From contig DASQHF010000050.1 of assembly GCA_035632215.1 (NCBI GenBank), positions 1 through 52,301 of the forward strand: DNA of 52,301 nt, written 5' to 3'. How positions within the stretch are numbered: position 1 is the first letter of the stretch; each line of letters opens with the position of its first letter. Shown here piece after piece: positions 38,001-47,914 of the stretch. The position numbers were made by a program, and so were the translations under genes. Below the pieces are notes generated by a model. That model had not been told where the DNA came from. It saw only the letters and a program-made list of their open reading frames with translations, and did no database searches. This stretch comes from Micropepsaceae bacterium (GTDB lineage Bacteria; Pseudomonadota; Alphaproteobacteria; Micropepsales; Micropepsaceae).

Positions 38001-38520
38001 GGAGACCCGCGATGCCGGCCGCCTCCTCGAGGATCGCGCGGCGCGCGAGCGGCTTCTGATTGATCAGGATTCCGATCTGCCCCTGGCGGACAAGAGCGGG
38101 AGAGGCCGAACCCGTGGACGCGTCGGCAAAGAAGATCTGCACGTCGCGCTGGCGGACTTCGCGGCCGTTGATGCGATAGACCGAGCCCGCCTCGCGCTCG
38201 ATGCGGCGCGAGATCTCGACGACGTCGAATTCGTTGTAGGGCGCCGGCGCCGAGCGATCCGTGTTGTCGACGAAGAGCATGACTTCGGCGTTGTTACGCA
38301 TCGGACGCGTCCCGGCGCCGGCGAAGATCACGTCGTCCATGCCTGAGCCGCGCATCGAGGTCGGGCGGTTCTCGCCCATCACCCAGCGCATCGCTTCCAA
38401 GAGATTGGATTTGCCGCAGCCATTGGGCCCGACAACGCCCGTCAGCCCCGGCTCGATCAGAAGCTCGGTGGGATCGACGAAAGACTTAAACCCGTTGAGT
38501 CTTAAGCGCGTGAATTTCAA
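35071..38520 (-). CDS. smc: chromosome segregation protein SMC
   Basis: 1149 aa with the N-terminal Walker A GPNGCGKSN, very long Ala/Glu-rich coiled coils, a hinge, and the C-terminal LSGGE signature and Walker B (VLDEVDAPLD). Confidence 0.95.
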   Translation of the reverse strand: MKFTRLRLNGFKSFVDPTELLIEPGLTGVVGPNGCGKSNLLEAMRWVMGENRPTSMRGSGMDDVIFAGAGTRPMRNNAEVMLFVDNTDRSAPAPYNEFDVVEISRRIEREAGSVYRINGREVRQRDVQIFFADASTGSASPALVRQGQIGILINQKPLARRAILEEAAGIAGLHQRRHEAELRLKAAETNLARLDDVIAEVDTQLQGLKRQARQASRYRNLSGLIHKAEAILFLLRWRELEAASQAADAQLAQAMDLVAERTAHAAEASALQANAAASLPPLREAEAARSAALQRLIHERNSLHAEEARARDEAQRMRQRIGQAEQDRTREVGLEQDANAALADLNAETVELDAANASAGAALADAEEQAQTFAQALAERERILERLTAELAELNATRASYERAREEGEEIASRAQEQRTALAPQAEATIAVAAPDVKSAELRVEALRAAIAEARAAAEAAESGHATTLNAEKEARSPLEAAEHEVQRLDAEARALGNLLRPQGSDLWPPLIDAVKVEPGYEAALAAALGDDLNAPLDEAAPQHWLNLGSLANIPELPAGTALANFVDAPPHLARRLAFTAVVTEEEGRAAQKALLPGQRLVTQRGDLWRWDGFSVSSEAPSQSALRLEQRNRLVALEQSLAEAKAARSTAFGTYSAAQRDAVAASEAARAGERKLRELESELFMAQDEAAKSARVAAERATKLAGLEAELRSLSTTQENARRSAQAASQALSALADASELTLNLAQARELAADARTAASDARAGLESMRREALARSQRLAALAEETERWKSRQLAAAQQIAELNNRLEEMTTELSALEAAPVAIAARRSRLQDAIDLAEAARKEGADARAQAETILAEADKLAKAADHALSEAREDRAGAEARAESATARLAELARRIRDELSATPDELVTRAELKAGAELPDLESAEKKVERLKAEREQLGGVNLRAEEEAHEQEQRLQSLTADRADLQGAIDRLRRGIQTLNREGRERLLESFGKVNANFERLFKELFQGGEARLTFTESEDPLEAGLEILARPPGKKLTILSLLSGGEQALTAIALIFAVFLVNPAPICVLDEVDAPLDDANVDRFCRLLDEMTRMAETRYLIITHHALTMSRMDRLFGVTMAERGVSQLVSVSLAEAERVIAAE

Positions 38521-38557
38521 GCTTTACCTGTCCTGTCATTCCCCGCGCTTTGCCCAT

Positions 38558-39250
38558 TCACTTGGCGACGAGCGGGTCCAAAATCATTTTCAGCTGATCG
38601 TACGGAATCTCGCCTGAATGCTTGACGCCGTTGATGATGAAAGTCGGCGTCGAGTCGACGCCGTATCGGCTCATTCCCTCCTGCCAATTGGCGTCGACGA
38701 GAGCGAGGTTCATGGGATCATCGCCGCACGAGTTCACTTTTTCCTGCGGCATTCCCGCCTGCCGTCCCATGTCCGCCAGTCCGTGCTGGATGTCCTCCTT
38801 GGTCAGCTGCCCGTTGCCGTCGAAATCCTTGATCCAATTCATCTGATTCGCGAACAGGAGATCAATGAAAGAAAAATATTGATCACCCGAGAAACAGCGC
38901 GCCACGGCCGAGGCGAGTCGCGCCGCGCCGTCCAAGGGATATTCGCGGAAGATGAGCTTCACCTTGCCGGTGTCGATGTAGTCCTTGGTCAGAAGGGGGA
39001 TGACCTCCTTCTGGAAGGCCGCGCAATGCGGGCAGGTCATCGAGGCATATTCGATGATGGTGACTTTGGCATCCGCTTTGCCGTGCACCATGTCGGTCGG
39101 CTTGATCTCGACGCTCTGAGTCGTCGCAGCCAAGCCGGCGAGCGGACTACCGCCGAACAACCCGGACCACCAACTCGCGCCGAACGACCAACTTGCGCCG
39201 GCGACGACGACGACGGCGATGGCTCCATAGATCAGCGTGTTCTTGTTCAT
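38558..39250 (-). CDS. DsbA family thiol:disulfide oxidoreductase
   Basis: 230 aa with an N-terminal TM or signal segment and the thioredoxin-fold active site CPHC. Confidence 0.85.
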   Translation of the reverse strand: MNKNTLIYGAIAVVVVAGASWSFGASWWSGLFGGSPLAGLAATTQSVEIKPTDMVHGKADAKVTIIEYASMTCPHCAAFQKEVIPLLTKDYIDTGKVKLIFREYPLDGAARLASAVARCFSGDQYFSFIDLLFANQMNWIKDFDGNGQLTKEDIQHGLADMGRQAGMPQEKVNSCGDDPMNLALVDANWQEGMSRYGVDSTPTFIINGVKHSGEIPYDQLKMILDPLVAK

Positions 39251-39319
39251 GGGTCAGCTCCCAAAAGGCTCAGGTGAGTTTGTGGCAGAGGGTGGCCTCA
39301 GGTTCAATCCGGGGGCCCG

Positions 39320-39782
39320 CTAATCTCGATCTAGAGGCTTTCGGCGCCGCTTCAGGCGCTCAAGCGCCTGTGACAATGGTGGGCCGGAAAGCGGCTCAGA
39401 GGAGGGGACGCTGCGGCCTTTCCGGGGGTGCTTGGGCAAATCCAAGTCGCCCGGAAGCTCTCCGGCCACGAGCTTCAGCCGTGCGATCCGGTTCGAGCCG
39501 AGATAGGCGTTCAGGCGCTGGATCAGCCGCCGCGTCTCGTGCTGGATGAGAACGGTCGAACCGGGCTCGCATTTGAGCGTCAGAATCGCGCCCTCGGGAT
39601 CATTCTGTAGTTTGACGGGCCGCGCCACCTGGGCGACCTCGGCTCCGACGATTTCGGCCCAGCGAAGAACGACAGTCATATCGGTGAAGCCGGCACGCGC
39701 GAAAGCCGCCGCCGTTAAAGGAAGCGCATCCTCGCTTGCCGCATGAGCCCACCCTCTGCGTCGCGAACCCTCTTGTCCGTGT

Positions 39783-39808
<26 letters not shown>
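39320..39808 (-). CDS. DUF721 (DciA-like) protein
   Basis: The conserved core VVLRWAEIVGAEVA...P.KL......G.L.L.........IQH....LI.RLN lies in the usual dsbA-DUF721-mutY synteny. The start is ambiguous: ATG at 39808 or 39799, or GTG at 39874. Confidence 0.7.
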
Positions 39809-42093
<2,285 letters not shown>

Positions 42094-42796
42094 ACAGGAC
42101 GCAAGATATGGTACACGGGCGCGAAGCTGCGGCGATGATGGCGGCAGGGGCCGAGCCGGTTTAAAGCCTCGACATGCTCGTCCGTCGCGTAACCCTTGTT
42201 GGTGATCCAGCCATAGCCGGGATGCTCCTCGTGCAGCGCGGCCATCATCTTGTCGCGCGTCACCTTGGCGATGATGGAAGCGGCCGCTATGGAGACGGAC
42301 CGCGCATCGCCGTCGACGATGACATCGCAGCGGCATGGGAGAGCCGGCGGGTCATTGCCGTCGACGAGCGCAAAGGAGGGGGCCAGCCTAAGCGCGCGAA
42401 TGGCGCGCGCCATGGCGAAATGCGTCGCCTGGCGGATGTTGACGAGATCGATCTCGTCGACGGTTGCCTCGCCGACGCCGACGATCGCGCATTCCATGAT
42501 GCGAGCGAACGCTTCCTCGCGCGCTTCGGCGGTCATCTGCTTCGAATCGTTGAGACCCTTGGGGATGCGTTTGCGGTCGAGGATGACGGCGGCGGCAACC
42601 ACGGGGCCGGCTAAGGGGCCCCGGCCGGCTTCATCGACGCCCGCTATCGGACCTGCCATCGTCTTCAGCACTCGTGCTTCGAAGATGTAATGGGGCATTG
42701 GCCCAGCCCAAAGTTCCCACAGCTATTAGTCATAGCGCGAGCGGGCAGGGCGGGCACAAGGGGCTCGCCGATCAACTCACAGGAGGTGAGGCTGGT

Positions 42797-43912
42797 TCAG
42801 ATCGATAAGCTGAGCTGGTCTCCTGTTTTTGGTGGACGGCGGAATTTCGACGTGTCGAGCTCGCTGCGCGATTGGTTCAGATTGAGTCGCCGCATCGCGA
42901 TCGCGAAGCGCTGCGCGATGAGGCTCGCATAGGGTCCCGTGCCACGCATCCGTGTGCCCCAGGTCGCGTCGTAATCCTTGCCGCCGCGCATCGAGCGGAT
43001 GAGCGTCATGACATGCTTGGCGCGATCGGGGACATGGGCCTCCAGCCATTCGCGGAAGAGGTCCTTGATCTCGAGCGGGAGCCGCAACAGCGTGTAACCG
43101 GCGCTCGTGGCGCCTGCTTCCGCGGCCGCGGCGAGAATGGTTTCCATCTCGTCGTCGTTCAAGGCCGGGATCATCGGTGCCGTCATGACGCCCACCGGAA
43201 CGCCGGCTTCGGCGAGCGCGCGGATTGTCTCAAGTCGTTTCGCGGGCGTGGAGGCTCGCGGTTCCATGCTGCGCGCGAGGTTCTTATCAAGCGTGGTGAT
43301 GGAGATCGCGACTTTGGCGAGACCCTCTTTGGCCATCGGAGCAAGAATGTCGAGGTCGCGCACAATCGAAAATGATTTGGTTACTATGCCAACGGGATTC
43401 TTGAATTCCGCCAGCACCTGAAGAACGGATCGCGTCACGCGCCAATCGCGCTCGATCGGCTGATAGGGATCGGTGTTCGTCCCCATGGCGATGACTTGCG
43501 GCTGATAGGAGGGCTTCCTCAGTTCGGCATCCAGAAGCCTTGCGGCGTCCGGCTTGACGAGAAGCTTGCTTTCGAAATCGAGCCCCGGCGAGAGTCCGAG
43601 ATAGGCATGGGTGGGCCTCGCGAAGCAGTAGATGCAGCCATGCTCGCAGCCCCGATAGGGATTGATCGAGAGGTTGAAGGAAATGTCCGGCGATGTATTG
43701 CGCGCGATGATCGTGCGCGTCGCGTCCTTGGTGACCTCGGTGCGCAGCGGTGGCGGCTCGTCCTCTTCCGCGCCCCAGCCATCGTCGAAGCGGACACGCC
43801 GTTCATCGTCGTAGCGGCTGGATTCGTTCGAGCGCGCCCCACGGCCTTTGAGCAACCGCGGATCGGCGGCAGATGTAAGGACCTCGACCATCCGGCCAAT
43901 ATAAGGCATCAT
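42797..43912 (-). CDS. PA0069-family radical SAM protein (SplB-like, COG1533)
   Basis: 371 aa with the CEHGCIYC (CxxxCxxC) cluster motif. The N-terminal KGRGA.SN...R. segment is typical of the PA0069 family. The start could also be the ATG at 43891. Confidence 0.82.
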   Translation of the reverse strand: MMPYIGRMVEVLTSAADPRLLKGRGARSNESSRYDDERRVRFDDGWGAEEDEPPPLRTEVTKDATRTIIARNTSPDISFNLSINPYRGCEHGCIYCFARPTHAYLGLSPGLDFESKLLVKPDAARLLDAELRKPSYQPQVIAMGTNTDPYQPIERDWRVTRSVLQVLAEFKNPVGIVTKSFSIVRDLDILAPMAKEGLAKVAISITTLDKNLARSMEPRASTPAKRLETIRALAEAGVPVGVMTAPMIPALNDDEMETILAAAAEAGATSAGYTLLRLPLEIKDLFREWLEAHVPDRAKHVMTLIRSMRGGKDYDATWGTRMRGTGPYASLIAQRFAIAMRRLNLNQSRSELDTSKFRRPPKTGDQLSLSI

Positions 43913-43914
43913 GA

Positions 43915-43929
43915 GAACAAATCAAGAAC
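43915..43929 (-). promoter_or_regulatory. alphaproteobacterial LexA (SOS) box GTTC-N7-GTTC
   Basis: The plus strand reads GAACaaatcaaGAAC, so the gene strand reads GTTCttgatttGTTC. The box ends 3 nt before the first ATG of the radical SAM gene. Confidence 0.6.
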
Positions 43930-44049
43930 ATTAAGCAAGACAGGTTCAGCTGTGGTTCATCTCTGACATGGAAAAATGCTTGTATGGAAAAACCCTGATC
44001 GCGCCTCCAGATAGACGCTGGTATGGTGGCGATCCAAAGGAATCGCACA

Positions 44050-44679
44050 ATGAGCAAGCTTTTCGGAGCACTTCTTGCGACAGCGCTGAGCGCGTCTGTC
44101 GTCGCTGGATCCGCGCATGCTGCGGTCGGCTTCTTCCACCAGAACGCTGGATCTCGGCCCAGTGGTAGTCAAAGCGGTCCAACCGCTGGAGGCAATACAG
44201 GTGGCGGTGGTTTCGTCGGCCGGCCAGGCGGCGCGGTCGGCGGTGGGCAGTTCTTCAACCGTCCCGGCGTAAACCGCGGTGGATTCGTCGGCGGTACCTG
44301 GCGCGGAGGCGATTGGCGCTGGCGCGGACGCCGCAGCTTCGGCGTCGTCTTCGTTGATCCCTGGTACGATCCGTTCTGGCCATATGGTTATGGCTTCGGA
44401 TGGGGCTGGGGATGGTATGGCCCACCCTACTACTATGATAGGCCCGCGGCCGCATACGAATACGGACCGCCACCGCAGGATTACGGACCGCCGCCGGAGT
44501 CGTACTGGTATTACTGCAGCAATCCCGACGGCTATTACCCCTACGTCAAGTCCTGCAATAACGAGTGGCAGGCTGTCCCTGCGACGCCGCCCGGCGGTCC
44601 AGCTGGCCCGCAGAATGGACCGCCGCCGCGGACATCCGCGCTGCCCGAGAATTCGCCGGACGCTGGAGGCGGAGGCTAG
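44050..44679 (+). CDS. secreted Gly/Trp/Tyr/Pro-rich low-complexity protein with a two-Cys C-terminal motif
   Basis: The ATG at 44050 has AAGGAA upstream, and the signal peptide ends ...GSAHA. The body is Gly-rich, followed by GFGWGWGWYGPPYYY and then YWYYCSNPDGYYPYVKSCNNEWQAVP. Confidence 0.65.
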   Translation: MSKLFGALLATALSASVVAGSAHAAVGFFHQNAGSRPSGSQSGPTAGGNTGGGGFVGRPGGAVGGGQFFNRPGVNRGGFVGGTWRGGDWRWRGRRSFGVVFVDPWYDPFWPYGYGFGWGWGWYGPPYYYDRPAAAYEYGPPPQDYGPPPESYWYYCSNPDGYYPYVKSCNNEWQAVPATPPGGPAGPQNGPPPRTSALPENSPDAGGGG

Positions 44680-45218
44680 CTACTGGTCCGTCGGCCGCGC
44701 TCTAACAGCCGCGGCATGATCTCGACGAAATTGCACGGCCGATGCCGTGCATCGAGCTGCGACTTCAGGATTCCGTCCCAGCCGTCCTTGACCGCGCCCG
44801 GCGAACCGGGGAGCGCGAAGAGATAGGTGCCTTGCGCAACTCCGGCGCAGGCGCGCGACTGAATGGTCGAGGTTCCGACCTTCTCGTAGGAGATGCGGTG
44901 GAAGAGGGCGGAGAAACCGTCGATCTCTTTTTCGAACACGCTGCGGAAGGCTTCCGGCGTAACGTCGCGCCCGGTGAGCCCGGTTCCTCCCGTTGAGATG
45001 ATGGCGTCGATCTCTGGGTCCGCGATCCATTTCAAGAGCTGCGCGACGATGTCCCTGATCTCGTCGTGGACGATGACGCGCTCTGCGACGGCGTGACCCG
45101 CATCGCGCACGCGCGCTTCGAGCGTATCGCCCGAGGTGTCGTTCGCGCGCGTGCGCGTGTCCGACACCGTCATCAGCGCGATGCGAACCGGGATGAATTC
45201 GCGACTGTGCTCTGCCAT
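44676..45218 (-). CDS. moaB: molybdenum cofactor biosynthesis protein B
   Basis: The ATG at 45218 gives 180 aa. It has a MoaB/MogA fold, with the TGGTG motif in the context ISTGGTGLTGRD and also ALPGSPGA. Confidence 0.85.
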   Translation of the reverse strand: MAEHSREFIPVRIALMTVSDTRTRANDTSGDTLEARVRDAGHAVAERVIVHDEIRDIVAQLLKWIADPEIDAIISTGGTGLTGRDVTPEAFRSVFEKEIDGFSALFHRISYEKVGTSTIQSRACAGVAQGTYLFALPGSPGAVKDGWDGILKSQLDARHRPCNFVEIMPRLLERGRRTSS

Positions 45219-45231
45219 CTTGGCGACGCTC

Positions 45232-46929
45232 TTATTGCGCCGGGTTTGTGCCCGATTGCTTGTACAAGGGCCATGAGCCCGCGGCCGCATCGTCGAGCCC
45301 GACCGCGGTCTGGCCCAAGCGCGTATGGTACATCCACATATTCATGAGCACACGCTTGATGTAGTCGCGGGTTTCGGGGTTCGGCACGCTTTCGATGAAC
45401 AAGAGCGGGTCGCTGACGCCGTCGTTCAGCGTTTGCCATTTCATCAGATTGCCTTCGCCCGCGTTGTAGGCCGCGGCAAGCCCCACGAGATTTCCGTTCT
45501 GCCGTTCGAGAATATCGCGCAGATAATTCTGTCCGAGCGTCATGCTGTAGACCGGATCGTCGAGCCGCTTCTTGTTCGCGCCCGCAAGGCTGCGGTCATG
45601 GGTAATCACGGCCGCGGTCGAGGGCATGATCTGCATCACGCCGCGGGCTCCGGCGCGCGATAAAGCGGACGGCTGAAACCGGCTTTCTTGTCTTGCGAAG
45701 GCAAGCACGAGCGCCTGGTCGAGCTCGTAACCGTCGCGCGGTTGGAACGGCGGAACGGGATAGAGGCTCGTCAGATGGATCGCGCGCTCCGACGACGTTT
45801 CGGCGGCGCGCAGCTCGAGCGAAGGTTCGCCCAGATCGCGCGCGAGCGCGGCGAAGGAGGGATCGAGCGCTGGCTCGATCTCGCCGAAGGCGCGCGAGAG
45901 CTCTTCCGCCACGTTCTCGCGATGGCCGATCTGCCAGAGCCCGACCGCGCGATGGGCGGCATCGCTCTCCATCAGTTTCGCGAATGACACCGTATCGAGC
46001 ATCGGCTCGACGAAATTGATGCCGGCGTCGCGGCCCAAGAGGCGCGCGGAAAGGAGGCCATAGAAGGTATCGGGTGCGGAAGCCGCGCGCTCATAGAGCG
46101 TCATCACACGCTCGGGCGCATTCGCCCGCATCCAGCTTCGTGCCGCCCAGAACGCTGCGCCTGCATCGGTGCGCGCCGCGTTGCCGGTGATCTGGGACAA
46201 AGCCTCGAAGTGCCGCGCGGCGGTTTCGAACTGGGCCGAACGATAAGCCGCCAGCCCGCCGATCCAATGGCATTCGTCGGCGCTCAACGAGCCGCGGGCG
46301 ACGCATTTCTCGGCGCGGTCGAGCGCTATCTGATCCTTCGCATGCGAGAAATAATCCTGCGCCACGTGCGCGCTCAAGCGATCGTAATCGGACTTGGGCA
46401 ACCCCGGGCCGGGCGAGAGCTTCTTCACCAGGGCTTCGGACGCCTCGGGCTTTCCTTCACGATCGAATTTGCGGATCTGCGCCGCTGTGCGCCGCGCCTG
46501 TTCCGAGGCCAATCCCGTCTCGCCGAAGGCATCGCCTTCGCCCGGAACACCCCGCCAGTGGATTCGTACCGGCGCGGGGACGCGCGTGTTCTTGGGCGCG
46601 CGTTTCTGAGCCAGCTGATGGATGCTCTCGGCACCTCCGAGCTCGCCGTACTTCTCCAGCCAGGCTTTCAGCTCGTTGAAGCTCGTGTGGTAATGGGGCC
46701 CGATATAGCGCTCCATGAGCACATAGCCCACGAGCGACTTGTCCTGGAGCCGTGCTTGAAGCGTGTCCGCGCGCTTCGCCTGTCCGCTCTTCTCGGCTTG
46801 GAAGATCTCGCCATAAAGCTTCACGTCTTCGGGCGAGAGCACGGTGAAGCCCACATGCTCTTGGGCACGAAGCGGAGACGCGAATACGATGAGGCTCAGG
46901 CCGAGCGCGATACGGACAATTCGATTCAA
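45232..46929 (-). CDS. lytic murein transglycosylase (Slt70-like)
   Basis: The C-terminal GH23 domain is present (ARQESRFQP...GVMQIMP...AAYNAG) after a superhelical N-region. The TTG at 46929 is preceded by GGGAG with a 6-nt spacer and gives a signal peptide. The longer ORF reaching 47133 would overlap the UDG gene. Confidence 0.82.
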   Translation of the reverse strand: MNRIVRIALGLSLIVFASPLRAQEHVGFTVLSPEDVKLYGEIFQAEKSGQAKRADTLQARLQDKSLVGYVLMERYIGPHYHTSFNELKAWLEKYGELGGAESIHQLAQKRAPKNTRVPAPVRIHWRGVPGEGDAFGETGLASEQARRTAAQIRKFDREGKPEASEALVKKLSPGPGLPKSDYDRLSAHVAQDYFSHAKDQIALDRAEKCVARGSLSADECHWIGGLAAYRSAQFETAARHFEALSQITGNAARTDAGAAFWAARSWMRANAPERVMTLYERAASAPDTFYGLLSARLLGRDAGINFVEPMLDTVSFAKLMESDAAHRAVGLWQIGHRENVAEELSRAFGEIEPALDPSFAALARDLGEPSLELRAAETSSERAIHLTSLYPVPPFQPRDGYELDQALVLAFARQESRFQPSALSRAGARGVMQIMPSTAAVITHDRSLAGANKKRLDDPVYSMTLGQNYLRDILERQNGNLVGLAAAYNAGEGNLMKWQTLNDGVSDPLLFIESVPNPETRDYIKRVLMNMWMYHTRLGQTAVGLDDAAAGSWPLYKQSGTNPAQ

Positions 46930-46964
46930 TATCTGCTCCCGTCTTGCCGAAACCGATGGTGACG

Positions 46965-47813
46965 TCAGCCCACGGACGAAGCAAGCCCGAGTTCGCTTAA
47001 TTTTTCGGAAACGGCCAAAAGATCGCGCCAGGCCAGGCGTTTTGCGGCCGGCTGGCGCAAGAGATAGGCCGGATGCAGCGTCGGCATCACCGGAATGGCG
47101 CGGCCGGCACTTGGATTCTGATAGACGAGCCATTTGCCCCGCAAGCGCGTAATCCCGTCGTGCAGCCCCAAAAGGTGCCGGACCGAGACCGCGCCAAGCA
47201 AGATCAAGATTTGCGGATCGGCAAGCTCGATATGCCGATGCAGAAAGGGAAGGCAGGCTGCGGCTTCCTCGGGCGAGGGCTCTCGGTTCTGCGGCGGGCG
47301 CCAGTTAAGGACATTGGTGATGTAGACCTTCGTGCGGTCGAGGCCGATGGAGGCGAGCATCAGATCCAGGAGCTTGCCCGCGCGCCCGACAAAGGGGAGA
47401 CCTTGCGCATCTTCGTCGCGCCCCGGCGCTTCGCCGATGAGCATGATGCGGCCTAAAGGATTGCCGTCAGCAAAGACGGTATTGGTGGCATAGCGCTTGA
47501 GCTCGCAGCCGTCGAAATTGGAGACGGCGGTCTTTAGCTCTGCGAGCGTCGTGCAGGATGCGGCGAGCGCGCGGGCAGCGCCGGGAGCCGTGCCCAAAGA
47601 CACGGCTTCGGCGCTTTTGGTGTTCGGGGCAGGGCGGGGCGGCACTTTCGCGACAATAGGCGCCCGTTCCCCAGCGGGAGAAGGCGCAGGGCGGATTGGA
47701 GTGGCGGGACGCGCCGCGAAACGATTAACCGGCTCTTCGAGCATCGCTTCATCCGCGCCGGCTTCGATGAGCCAGCGGAGAGCTTGAAAGGGATCGCGGA
47801 GGCGGTCGGTCAT
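46965..47813 (-). CDS. uracil-DNA glycosylase, family 4, with N-terminal extension
   Basis: 282 aa with the family-4 motifs GEAPGRDED and [11 protein letters not shown] and a C-terminal HP..LLR motif. Confidence 0.85.
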   Translation of the reverse strand: MTDRLRDPFQALRWLIEAGADEAMLEEPVNRFAARPATPIRPAPSPAGERAPIVAKVPPRPAPNTKSAEAVSLGTAPGAARALAASCTTLAELKTAVSNFDGCELKRYATNTVFADGNPLGRIMLIGEAPGRDEDAQGLPFVGRAGKLLDLMLASIGLDRTKVYITNVLNWRPPQNREPSPEEAAACLPFLHRHIELADPQILILLGAVSVRHLLGLHDGITRLRGKWLVYQNPSAGRAIPVMPTLHPAYLLRQPAAKRLAWRDLLAVSEKLSELGLASSVG

Positions 47814-47914
47814 CGGCCGATGTTACGCAAACTTGGCGAAATGTCAGCCCGGCAATTTGCGCCCGTCGCGCGGTCGACCATTGACCCCGCTTCGACAGGG
47901 TCCATAAACACCCC

